A DNA stretch of 64,000 nt from Eledone cirrhosa (lineage: Eukaryota): the NCBI GenBank assembly GCA_964016885.1, contig OZ024746.1, forward strand, positions 99,200,001 to 99,264,000. The letters run 5' to 3'. The notes beneath the pieces were generated by a model that searched no databases, was not told the DNA's origin, and saw nothing but the letters and a program-made list of their open reading frames with translations. Positions 24,909-36,764 of the stretch are shown in pieces (position 1 is the stretch's first letter; every line of letters starts with the position of its first letter). Position numbers and translations under genes: made by a program.

Positions 24909-25581
24909 ATATAAGAGGAAGTGCAGTGGTTTCCATAAATGTAGTTACCGCCCACACGAAAAAATGAAAAATTCCTATTTTTCGGGCTCAGGCGCTTTAT
25001 AAAGAAGATACAAAAACTGTCCCTGGAAAAGGTTGGCTGGTTGAAAGGGTTTTCTGGGAGTGAAATGGATGGGGGTGGTGGATTGCGCAAAAACGAAATT
25101 AGCAGTAGAATCCGTAGGTGTGTGTTTGTACAAGTAAGTAGGCATGAGTGTACTTACGTCGGTGTGAGTGTGCGGGTTTTTAAGCGGATGGGCCCAGTTG
25201 TGTATTTAGTATTATTCAATGTGTGCATGCATATATTTGTAACAGAAGAGATTTGAGAAAATGTAATATGTTGTTGATGCTGTATGGTTTAACTTTTCTT
25301 TTGGTGAGAAGAAACAGAAGAGAGGAATGAGCCTAGGGTGGTGAAATTCTAAGATGGCACGAGTAAAAATAAACAGATGTTGTGTGAAATATACCATGAC
25401 CTTGAACCCTTTATTTTTTTTTCCTTTTCTTTTTCTTCTCTTCCTTCCTAATTGTTTCATTATTGCCATTAACCCTTTAGTTAACCAACCTGGTCAAAAC
25501 TGTCTCTGGTTCTATGAAATAAAACTAGCCATTTTAAAAGTTTCCAATTTAATTTATAATATTTCAACATTATTTTATGTA

Positions 25582-25771
25582 TGGGCGGTGGATTGGCAGT
25601 ATCGGTAGAGGGTCGGACGCTATGCTTTGCAGCATAGTTACGTCCCTTTACGGACTAAGTTCAAATCCCGCCAAGGTTAACTTTGCCTTTCATCCTTACG
25701 GGGTCGATAAAATAAAGTACCAATAATGCACTGGGTAATTGCTGGCCTTGTGCCAAAAGTAGAAACAATTA
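25582..25771 (+). mobile_element. SINE family 1, full-length
   Basis: GGGCGGTGGATTGGCAGTATCGGTAGAG head, GTTCAAATC B box, core and tail. Confidence 0.9.
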
Positions 25772-26257
25772 TTTTATGTAAGAATCTTAAATTAACCCTT
25801 TAGTTAACAACCCGGCCGTACCCGGCCAGAATTTTCTCACCTCTTTCTGTTCAAACCAGTCATAACCAGCCACTCATACTTGTGTTAAGATGATGTTCTC
25901 AAAATAAATAACATCAAAATATCATGTGTGATAATTATGTGAGGTAAAGCCTTTACCATGAAAATAAAATAGTAAATATAGAGTAACGTAAATGGTAAAG
26001 TTGAAAAAAATATATAGTAGTTTTGAAGAATGGTTAAAGAGTAGCTAATACTGTTATGATGTTGTGAATGTTTTTGTTGTAATGGTGGCAGACATTATTC
26101 GAGATTGTGTATGTTGACAAATGAAACAGAAGCTGAAAATAAATAGTGATATATCCATTACGTTCAAAATCACTTGTTACTTCTTCACGGTTTTATTTTG
26201 GAATGCTCAACTCAGAAAGCCACGCTATTTATATTCAACCTTATTATATTTCATTGG

Positions 26258-26477
26258 AGGGCGGTGGATTGGCAGTATCGGTAGAGAGTCGGACGCCATG
26301 CTTTGCAGCGTAGAGTTACGGCCCTTTACAGTCTGAGATAAAATGCTGCCGAGGTTAACTTTGCCTTTCATCCTTACAGGGTCGATAAAATAAAGTACCA
26401 GTCACGCAATGGGGTCGATTTAATCGACTTTCCCCTCCCTCAAAATTGCGGGCGTTGTGCCTGTAGTAGAAACCATT
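26258..26477 (+). mobile_element. SINE family 1, long-tail variant
   Basis: Same head and core plus an extra GGGGTCGATTTAATCGACTTTCCCC segment. Confidence 0.85.
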
Positions 26478-27124
26478 GTGTCTCGTTGGGTTTATGGGAT
26501 TGATATAATAACAAAGTTAAACACAAATTTGTGAAGAAAGGATTCATTTGCTCAACTTACTAGAAACAGTAGCTTGCTTTTCCTCAAACTACACTCGACC
26601 ATATTTAAATAAAATGTTGGGTATATTGTATAATATAATATTTATAAGTGGAGCTAAACCATCTGAGTTGAAGAGCTTTTAAAAAGGTTATGTTAAAATA
26701 ATGTTAGTTGTGCTACAGGGGATAGGCTGTGTAGCGAAAGAGGGAGAGAAAGAGTGTCCGAGGGAAACGAAGTGAGAGAGAGAGAGAGAGTCGGAAGGAA
26801 ACGAAGTGAGATAGATTAAGTGAGAGAGAAAGAGAGAGAGAGAATCGGGGGGTGGGGGGCGAAGTAAGAGAGTGAAAGAGTCCGAGGGAAACGAAGTGAG
26901 AGAGAGAGGGGGGGTGAGTATCTATATTTATATTTTTATTCTAAGTGTGTGGCATTTTTATCATAGAAGATCTTCAAAAATAACAAAAGAAAACCAAAGA
27001 AGGGAAAATGAAATAAAATGGAAGTCTGACAGCCATGTTTAACTAAATATCCAGCTTGAGCCATCAATCGGCCTTTTCGGTAGTAGCTTGATCTGCAAGA
27101 AATAGCAGCCAAATATTTCTTAAA

Positions 27125-27260
27125 AATTGTTTCTACTTTTGGCACAGGGCCAGCAATTATCCCAGTACATTACTGGTACTTTATTTTATCGACCCCGTAA
27201 GGATGAAAGGAAAAGTTAACCTCGGTGGGATTTGAGCACAAACCATAAAGGGCCGTAACT
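27125..27260 (-). mobile_element. SINE family 1 inserted in a duplicated segment
   Basis: TCTTAAA on both sides; the paralogous site near 8603-8610 is empty. Confidence 0.75.
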
Positions 27261-28129
27261 CTTAAATAATATTCTATCATTTTAAAATTCATATCTAAGT
27301 CTACACTTGATAATCTTCTTCTTCTTCTTAATCCTAGGAAGGTCGTTGGGCAGAGTCCTCAAACACTCCTTCAAGTGGGTCCTGTCAGAAGCACACACAC
27401 ACACTGGTTTACGCTTCAGTATATGTTTATAAATAGCTTAGCTGGCAATCAATGTTTTTTATCTCCTACGTTACGTCAGACCGATTTCCTTGAAATTGTA
27501 ACTATGTATTAGTCAGTCTCTTCTTCATACTGTAAGCCAGTGGTCGCCAACATGGGTTCCGCGGAACCTTGGGGTTCCGTAAAACAAACTCCGGGTTCCT
27601 TAAAAAAATAAATATTTACATTACCATTAACATTTTGGGTTTTCTGAAAAAGGTGCAAAGAAAATGCCAAAGGTGCAATGTATAAATGAACGAGTACTAT
27701 TGTAGTGTACACAGGTTCTCCACTCCAATTCGTGGAAAACATTACTTTCAGTTTCTCACTTGAATTAGCAGAAAAACACTGTTCTGAGATTTAAATCGTG
27801 AAAATTGAATACTTTCAATTTCACATCAATTCTTGGAAAGACACAGTTTTCTGAATTCCGAGACTACTACTGATAATACACTAATTGAACTTAGAAATTG
27901 ACCAATCACGGACAAGTAAATGTTGGTCGATAATAGCATAACTTTAAACTGAAAACTTCAGCTCAGCGAGGTCTCTCAGCCGAGAGACAGGGTCAGTTCG
28001 CTGTTCTCACAACGTAAGTTCAGTAGAATGTTTTCAATAGAGAACACGTTTTAATCTGCTGTCATCACAAAAGCTTTAAAGTCGCCTAAAGTTTCCTCAC
28101 ATTTTCTTTGCTTACGGCGTAAGCAAAGA

Positions 28130-28461
28130 AAATCCAACTTTCTTATGGCATTAGGTGAAAAACTTCATTTTTTCAGCTTCTTATAGGGGTTTTTGGAGGC
28201 GTTATGTCTAGCCGATTTCCCCGAAATTTCAAAGCATATTATGCACATAAAAAAAATTCATTTTCTTGATCCCCCAGGGCCCGCATTAGGTGAAAACCTG
28301 CATTTTTCCTGCTTCATCGAGGAAAATCTTAAAGATTATCCAGCCATCAGAGTATTCGGTTTATTTTCTTTACATATTGTCCAGGCATGCAGTTTTTAGG
28401 TCTATTGGCGGCCCGCGTTCCAACATACCTTATCCCGTGCAACGCTGGGTACCACTGCTAG
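28130..28461 (+). mobile_element. Helitron 3' end (second family)
   Basis: Hairpin CCCGTGCAACGCTGGG, 8-nt spacer, CTAG|T at 28458-28462. The 5' boundary is uncertain. Confidence 0.55.
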
Positions 28462-28737
28462 TATTTAATATATGAACTAATACTGTCTTTAATACTTAAT
28501 TGAAAGAAGTAAAATCAAGCTGAATATATTTTGTTCTTGTTCAGTCTCGGGTCTACCAATGACCATCTATCTTTATTTTTATTTGTCCTAAATTTAATAA
28601 AACATTATGAAGTCCATTGAAGTAACGAAACTACTGAGCTGAACAATTTCCACTCCGTCTCAACGTCCTCAGTTTGTTTGTGTATATATATATATATACA
28701 TATATATATACATATATATATACATATATATATATAC

Positions 28738-28770
<33 letters not shown>

Positions 28771-29074
28771 CATATATATATAGCTTCTAAAGAATTTCCC
28801 TTTTCTTTAAACCATTGAACCCCACCCATCCTGTAGACACCTGTCTTACAGCCATTGCTAGTCTCAGTGATAAACTAGGATTGGTATTCCAAATATGATT
28901 TTGTTTACAGTATTCTTCCTGCCTTTGTTAATACTATAGCTTTAAAGAATTAGCTTTTAATGAACTCCCTTTTCTTTAAATCCTTCAACCAATAACGTCC
29001 ACCCATCCCAATCCCCACCCTCTCCTACCACCAGAAAAGAAAAGATATAAATACCACTACTTACTTGGACAGCC

Positions 29075-29125
29075 AGCTCCCTGATGATTTCTCACGAATG
29101 AAACAGTTCTAATCCCGTAGAAGCT
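29075..29125 (+). ncRNA. Hammerhead-like motif (family C, imperfect)
   Basis: AGCTCC-CTGATGA (29081-29087)-TTTCTCACGAAT-GAAA-CAG..CCG-TA-GAAGCT. One mismatch each in stems I and III, and a U.U pair at the base of stem II. Confidence 0.5.
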
Positions 29126-29219
29126 CTTCTATATTAAAACGATATATATATATATATATATATATCGTTTCTGAATTTGTTTAGCAAGATTCTTTATCTG
29201 AAAACGTGTGTTGAAACCG

Positions 29220-29577
29220 ATATTGTTATACTTTGGGAGGGTCATGTTGTCAATAAGAAACACACGCACCAGTTGCTTTCACTCCAATTTATTATAAATT
29301 AAATTTATAAATTTAACAATTTATAAATTCCCGGTTGGTTCGTTGGTTCCACAACCGGACGGTTGTTCATATATTGTCACTGAAGAGGTCACAGAATGTG
29401 TGACGAAAGAACTTTGACAATATATGAACAACCGTCCGGTTGTGGAACCAACCAACCAACCGGAAATTTATTATAAATTCTTAAATTTATAAATTTAATT
29501 TATAATAAATTGGAGTGAAAGCAACTGGTGCGTGTGTTTCTTATTGGCAACATGACCCTCCCAAAGTATAACAATAT
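29220..29577. mobile_element. 160-bp fold-back cassette whose loop is a hammerhead core
   Basis: Arms 29220-29379 and 29415-29577. Loop CTGAAGA-G-GTCACA GAATG TGTGAC-GAAA-GAAC-TT. Arm-end relatives at ~30615-30680 and ~35020-35065. Confidence 0.75.
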
Positions 29578-30262
29578 ATATATATATAGATAGATAAAAG
29601 AAATCAAAGAACGCCTATATACTCAAACAATATATATATATATATGTAAATGAAACATTTAAAATGTCATATTGATATTTGAAATGTGGTTCCTTGTAGT
29701 AACGTTACACTTTAGAGTGCGTAGCTCAGAGATAAAAGAGTCACTCCAGGCAGTGCTGCCACTTCTCCGAATTGAGAGATCACAACTCCGATACTATGGG
29801 CATGTGGTTAGAATGTCTCAGGAGATCAGAGAGTCACTCCAGGTAGAGCCACTACTTCTCTAAATTGAGAGATAACAGCTCCGATACTATGGGCATGTGG
29901 TTAGAATGTCTCAGGAAAGAATCGCTGGACAAATTTCACAGGCAAAATCAACTGGCAAGAGACCCAGGAGTAGACCTCGAACAAGATGGTTGGATAACAT
30001 CCATGAGCTTGGCTGGTCTTGCTTGAGAATTCAGCCGGATCAATTGGAGACGGTTGCTTCTGACAGGACCCAATGGAAAGAGTGTTTGAATAAGTGGGCG
30101 AAGAAGAAGATATTGATATTCACTGTAATCACCACAGTTTCATCTAGTTAAAATATATAACTTATGATGATGACACTTTCTAATATATATATTTTACCTA
30201 AATAAAGAATCATGCAGCTTTTGGCGTCGTTCAATATACCTACTTGAGATTCGGCAATTATA

Positions 30263-30452
30263 TAATTGTTTCTACTTTTGGCACAAGGCCAGCAATTATT
30301 ACAGTGTATTACTGGTACTTTATTTTATCGACCCCATAAGGATGAAAGGCAAAGTTAACCTCGGCGGGATTTGAACTCGGACTGTAAAGGGACGTAACTA
30401 TGCTAGAAAGCATGACATCCGACCCTCTACTGATACTGCCAATTCACCACCC
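30263..30452 (-). mobile_element. SINE family 1 with TSD
   Basis: Flanked by direct repeat GGCAATTATATAAT. Confidence 0.85.
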
Positions 30453-31142
30453 TTTGGCAATTATATAATGATGTGTGACACTTGTAATATGTGTACCAAG
30501 AACATAGAGACAAATACTTATCTATATACCACAACTGTAAGATATTGACTACTAGGACAACAGTATCTAACCAAGTTAGAACATCATCCGTGATTATTTT
30601 GATTATTTTATTGTTTTATTGTTATATTTGGGGAGGGTCATGTTGTCCTAATATTGCAAACAAATATTAAAACACACTGTTTGGAATCGGCCCCATCCCA
30701 CGACCCTCTCAGGAATAAGTGGGCGGAGAGGAAGTCAAAGAACACTCAAGTCTCAGTAATTAACTTTATATACAGGGTGTCCATAAAGTCTCTTACAGAG
30801 GCAATTGATGAGATATCTTAATCAGATTTGTTCTATCTTCTCAGTAGTTATCACAGTTTTTAATCAAACTGCATTTGTGTATTTCTGGTATCCTGTTGAT
30901 TAAAGAGGTACTGTTAAATGAACTCCTAATATGTACATTGGTTTGTCTGTATGCCTGTCTATCAGATTGCTTACCTGTTTACCGATATCTATCTATATCA
31001 GTCTCGTTACTAATGTGGGTAAACAACCAGCTGTTTAACTGCTTACCGGTATCTGTTTATTTGTCTGCATATTTATTGGCTATATCTGTTTTCCGTCTAC
31101 TTAACCGAGTAATGATAGTACGTTTTGCAATTATAATACTAA

Positions 31143-31375
31143 ACATAAACCTAACCCTAACCCTAACACTAATCCTAACCTAACCCTAATCCGAACCCTA
31201 ACCCTAACACTAATCCTGACCTAACCCTAACCCGAACCCTAACACTGACCTAACCCTAATCCTGACCTAACCCTAATACTAACCTAAACCTAACCTGAGC
31301 CCGAACCCTAACCCTAATCTTTACCATAATCCTAACCTAACCCCAACACTAACTCTAACCCTAACACTAACCCTG
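31143..31375 (+). repeat. Degenerate interstitial (CCCTAA)n telomere-like tract
   Basis: Tandem AACCCT units with ACACT/ATCCT/GACCT variants. Confidence 0.8.
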
Positions 31376-31570
31376 CGGTTACTTATGTATATGTATTATG
31401 GCCCCTATTTATTATCCTACCAAACATTTTATATTTGTTTACTGGAACAATAGATCTTCAAATCGCATCAACTTATTTGAGCAATTACCTTTTATTTTAT
31501 TTTTACAGGTATAAATTCTTTGAAGTTTGGAGGATTTTTTATTTCAAAAGACTTTCAGAATAATTAATTG

Positions 31571-32700
31571 TTAGGGTCTCGGAAGGAAAAAGAGTGCGCG
31601 TTATAGCGTACCTTAAAAGGGTTAGAGGTAGACCCGATATAAGAGCTGGTATTCGAAGCAGTTTTAACCGTGCACCTATAGACTATGTTGGGTGTCAGGC
31701 AGTGTCAATTTAATGGGCATGCATTGGGGGTAACGGCAGTTGCAGTTGCTTCTGCGGTTAGTGAGAGTAAGGTAATTTAACCTAAGCGGTAGGTCCGTGC
31801 TAGAAGGATTAGATGGGGGAGGTGTGCTACATAGTCTATAGGTGCACGGTTAAAACTGCTTCGAATACCAGCTCTTATATCGGATCTACCTCTAACGCGC
31901 ACTCTTTTTCCTTCCGAGACCCTAGCAACAGATGTTCGACATCGCTAGCTAGGTTCATTAAAAACCTTAAATTAAACAACGTTCAACACTCACTAAAATG
32001 GGATATCGTGGCTAGGGCCCAACCGTTCAATGGACAAAGAAAATCTTGTGATCTCTGTATTACAGAAGCATATTACATAACTCTATCACGACCTCTACCG
32101 ATTAACGATAGAACGGAGGTAACTATTAGCTGTCAACATCGAAGGGCTAATTCATTCACCAACAGAATATTTGACCCAACATAGTCATCTAGCCCCATTT
32201 TTACTTGTAACTAATAAGTTAAATTGCAATGAACAACTTGGATAATTATAAGTTACCTCCTCTACATTGTCTCTCAATTAAAAACATTTAAAAATTAGCA
32301 CTTAACTATAAAGACCCACAATTTCTAACCTCTCGAGGAGCTACTTCCCCTGAAACTACCCTCTAATTAGTAAAGTAAATATGCCCTTTGGCAGCCATCT
32401 TGTTACCCATAGGCAGATCTCACACAATGCAGCCTCGACAGATGAATACTGTTTGATTATGGCTGACAACTGATGCAACCAAGACACCATAGTAAAAACC
32501 AATATATGGAACATTATATTATGTAACATTCTCTCATTATTTTAATTTATATTCCTTTGAAGTTCCGATGAGCCACTCTGTCTTTTAAATATGTTAATTA
32601 TTTTCAACTGAACCAGATCAATTATGATATATAGTTATCTGATCCAGAATATTATATAGAGTAGCGAAACAATTAATTATTATTAATATTATTATTATTA
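31571..32700 (+). mobile_element. Naiad-type Penelope-like 3' end (GIY-YIG) with inverted 5' segment
   Basis: ORF 31813-32184 has IVYRC..YIGST..STSLA..WDIV..CDLC..CQHR. Segment 31571-31812 is an inverted overlapping copy carrying CNCR..CPL..CL. Confidence 0.8.
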
Positions 32701-32954
32701 TTCTCTACATTCCTTACATCAAACTAAAATATGTTGACAATCTTTTAATAATATCTTCCTTGTGAAATTTGTGGTCTTGCTTTGCTTAACTAATGAATAT
32801 TTCCAGCTCTGCGCACCTAACTTCTGCATGAACCCAGCCACCTAGCTGCTTTCTACTACATATTGCACATTGAGCACATGCCTTTACGCTTTGGCTTCTA
32901 ACTAATTCACCAATCTCTCCTCTCATATCTCCTCTCCTATCTCCATCTCTCTCT

Positions 32955-32976
32955 TTAAGATTGGTTACTCTTGAAC

Positions 32977-33025
<49 letters not shown>

Positions 33026-33272
33026 CTATGACCAGTGTATATAGATTACAGACACCCCAAAATATATATACACACACATACATATATATATATGTATACA
33101 CACACACATTTATATATATATACACGTATATATATGGGTCTTCCAGTTTCATTTCACATTATATACCTGTCTGTGTATATTTTAATTATTTAAAAATTAT
33201 TTTTAAGTGAACATAATTTTTAAAAAGAATAAATTGAAGAGAACGTGGCCCAACGGGTCACGGGTGGTCTAG
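32955..33272 (+). mobile_element. Helitron H1 3' part
   Basis: Ends GTGGCCCAACGGGTCACGGGTGGT-CTAG|T. Confidence 0.75.
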
Positions 33273-33710
33273 TTTTTATCTAAAATCGTTAATTTATATA
33301 TAAATAATATAATATATACTATGTATATATTTTTTATTTCAGTATATATATATATGTATAATTTGATATTTAATATACTATTATATCATCTCTACCACCC
33401 CTCTCACCGCCACCACCACCCTCTTAGGCCCCAATTCCCCCTACCGAACCTTCTCAAGGAACAGTAGCGACCACACTGAGAACCTCTGGTCCAGCAGATA
33501 CCACGTCAATGACTCTGCTTCATTGACGTGTGGTCTATCAACAGCAGAATACACTTTCCCTCACCGCATTGCCTATTTTCAATTTTAAAAAAGAATTTGA
33601 GAAATATTATTACGATTCTTCTTGTTTTAGAGTAGATATCCATGCGTTTGTTTGATTCAGTTAAGCATTGTTGAATAATATTTACCCCTCTAACTTATAG
33701 GTAGGTATAG

Positions 33711-34320
33711 CTAGACCACCCATGACCCGTTGGGTCACGTTCACTTCAAAATATTTTAAAAAATCATGTTCACTTAAATATAATTTTTAAATAATTAAAA
33801 TATACACAGACATGTATATAATGTGAAATGAAACGGCAAGGCCCATATATATACGTGTGTATATGTATATATATAAATGTGTGTGTGTGTACATAAATAT
33901 ATACATGTATGTGTGTGTGTATATGTATATATATGTGGGTGTCTGTGATCTATATAACTGGTCATAGACACACATATATATATATACACACAAACTCACT
34001 ATAGATATATACACAACAACACCACCAGCTCTCTTTCTCTCTCCCTTCCTTCTCCGTCTCCTCTCCCTCTCTCTATGTCTCTCTTTCAATCTACTCTTTC
34101 ACAACCACTACCTCTTCCTCTCTACCCTTCTCTCTTATGAAGGTACCCAGAAAACCCCATATCTCGGGAACCCGTGCTCTGATTTACGCGAAACTTGTTT
34201 TATTCCATTTGTATTCCCGTTTCAGGGTCAACTTCCTTTCAAATTATTTTCCCAATATGCGCCCTTTTGGCTGTATTACATTACAGACAAGCAAGCAATC
34301 ACAGGCTTTTAGTAATATAT
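33711..34320 (-). mobile_element. Helitron H1, near full-length
   Basis: CTAG at 33711 followed by the reverse complement of the hairpin. The other end is TTTTAGTAATATAT. Confidence 0.8.
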
Positions 34321-35230
34321 TAATTTTCTTTTGTTTTCATTGTTCAATAGACACACGCGCGCACACATACAAATACACACACATACACACACATACACAT
34401 ACACACATATACACGCACACACATAGACGCACACACACAGAGATACACGCACACACATACACGCGCACACACACAAACGTACACATTCATGTACATTAGA
34501 AACGTGTGTGACATCCATGCAAGTACAAGGTGTCCTCGTTGACTTACTTGTTGTTACATAGAAAACAGTTATACTCTTTTACTCTTTTACCTATTCCAGC
34601 CAGCCGGTTGAGGCCATGCTGGGGCACCGCCCTTGCTTATGTACATAAATATATATGTATATTGATATAATTATGTATATAAATATATGAAAACCCATGT
34701 AGTGATGTACTTATATCATGTCACATAATACTTTTCAACTAGCGCCGCACTTGGTATTATTTAGAAGACAGTGCGAAAATCAAGCGATTTCCTGTTAACC
34801 GCAGGAATCCCTAGTTTTCTTAAAACTAGGGATTCCTGCGGTTATTTTTTCTTTTCTCATAAATAGTTTATCATCTTCATCTGTGAATATTCACACTGGA
34901 ACAGACCGGAATCTCCCGCGACTAGTGAAAAGTCGAACTGTCATCTGAATATCTCTGTATGTGTGAGGGTGTGATGAAAAGAGAGGACATCAGCAACTCA
35001 CTGCTGGAGAGCAAAGTGTTTAGTTTGCTACTTTGCTAAATATGACCCTCCCCTCTCCCTATTATACATACACACTCTGTTTGCATAATTGCAAACGAAT
35101 GGGATATTGTTATTAATATTGGAAAAACTAAGATTACATTTATTGTATTCAGCCATGTAGAGCGATAACTATTTGTTATATGTATATATCTTATTTATAT
35201 ATAAATATAACTATTACTATATATATATAT

Positions 35231-35404
35231 ATAGGAACGAGTAGGACCCCGACGGCTGAGCTCAAGCCGTTTCGACGGCTAATTCTGGACTCATTCTAGT
35301 CCAGAATTAGCCGTCGAAACGGCTTGAGCTCAGCCGTCGGGGTCCTACTCGTTCCTATTACCCACTCTACTACCCTAAGTATTGAGTACTTTGGTGCGTT
35401 TGGT

Positions 35405-35408
<4 letters not shown>
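35231..35408. mobile_element. Fold-back cassette with hammerhead 3' half (family E)
   Basis: Perfect 61-bp arms (35231-35291 and 35298-35358) containing GAAA-CGGC-TTGAGCTCA-GCCG-TC. Relatives at ~3300-3355, 38300-38345 and 45227-45360. Confidence 0.6.
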
Positions 35409-35498
<90 letters not shown>

Positions 35499-35556
35499 AA
35501 AATGAACGCAATTGTACACAGTTATAATAGGTTCACGCTTGGTGGAAATGGAGGCG

Positions 35557-35594
35557 GTTTCAACGTTTCGGACAGAAGTCCTTCATCAGGATAA
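35557..35594 (-). ncRNA. Minimal Penelope-type hammerhead motif
   Basis: Minus strand reads CTGATGA-A-GGAC TTCT GTCC-GAAACGTT with a weak stem I. Degenerate plus-strand counterpart at ~35789-35820. Confidence 0.55.
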
Positions 35595-36081
35595 TTCGGA
35601 TAGGGGGAGAACAGGAACTCCGAGAAGGAATAAGGTGTGTTTTAAGGAGGGAAATTATATATATATATATATATCCAAGATGGCCAACTGACTACACACG
35701 TGTTTGTTTTCTCCCCATTTTTTTCTCATTTTCCCATTCCTTCCTCTCATTACTCTTTCTATTTATCTTCTAATTCTAACTCTCTCTTCTGTCGAAGGAC
35801 TAGTGTGCGAAACGTTAAGGCTCTGCTCCTGCTATTTTAAGCCTCTTAAACTAATGTATTTCTTCCATGTACTGTGCCGTTTGCTTTGTTAATTTTGTTA
35901 TTTCTGTTTACCTTTTATATATATATATATATGTATTAAGTTGTTAAACAATATTCGATGATTATGTCAAAGAATGAGTTTTACAGTAGATTGGAAGCAA
36001 TCAACGAGAAAAATAATTTTCAGGAGTTATTAATATTAAAATATAAGTATTAATAAAATAGATGTTCTTTTGATCAATTAC

Positions 36082-36135
36082 ATTTTATTATACATATTTC
36101 AGATGTACAACAGTACGTCCTCATCAGACAAAATA
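36082..36135 (-). ncRNA. Type I hammerhead ribozyme motif (family D-like) in a fold-back cassette
   Basis: Minus strand reads ATTTTGT-CTGATGA-GGAcGTAC TGTT GTACaTCT-GAAA-TATGTA-TA-ATAAAAT. Outer arms 36033-36098 and 36215-36280. Confidence 0.75.
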
Positions 36136-36713
36136 TAATGATACATGACATACCCTGAGATGTTAAATGGTTAAGATTTAATCAAGGTAGTACAAGATAG
36201 TACTACCTTGATTAAATATGTATAATAAAATGTAATTGATCAAAAGAACATCTATTTTATTAATACTTATATTTTAATATATATATATATATATATCATA
36301 ATTGTTAGTCGAAGTTTAGTTGTTGTACAGCAAGTACTATTTGTTTGAGGCAATCACAAAGCACTCAATGGATCGAAAGTTAAAAACAAACATTAGATCC
36401 AGAGTTAAGACCATAGTTGTAAAGTGTGACATCTAGAACAGTGAGTATTGTTAATATGGAGTTTCGCCTGTTTGTCACGGGGTCATCTGATAACCCTGTG
36501 AAAAACAGTCGACAATACTCACTTTTTAGCCTTTTATATATATGTATATATGCGGCTAGACTGCCGACCGCTATATCTGATTTGCTAAGCTGTCTGAACG
36601 TATTGTTATTACTCTGGGGTTCTTTTCCCCATCTGAGTGCTAAAGCTACAGACCGATTCTGCATTCGTTAGCTTGGCCGTGTTCTAAAGCTTCGTTAATG
36701 CTGTACTAAAATT

Positions 36714-36764
<51 letters not shown>

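Noticed and set aside
25582-25680. tRNA genes at SINE heads (also 20042-20110)
   Set aside because: A and B boxes are present but there is no full cloverleaf, and each continues into a repeated SINE body.
25469-25870. TTAA-CCCTTTAG piggyBac-like ends at 25469 and 25791
   Set aside because: Both are in the same orientation with no matching opposite TIR, so the support is insufficient.
31705-31707. In-frame TGA in the inverted Naiad Cys cluster (possible selenocysteine, known in some Naiads)
   Set aside because: It falls in CPLN*HCL at the non-Cys (usually Gly) position, so it is more likely a GGA>TGA decay mutation. I saw no convincing SECIS, and the 62451-63125 copy has no TGA.
36438-36525. 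Nested hairpin with CTGATAA..GAAA
   Set aside because: The core deviates and stems II and III cannot be drawn convincingly on either strand.
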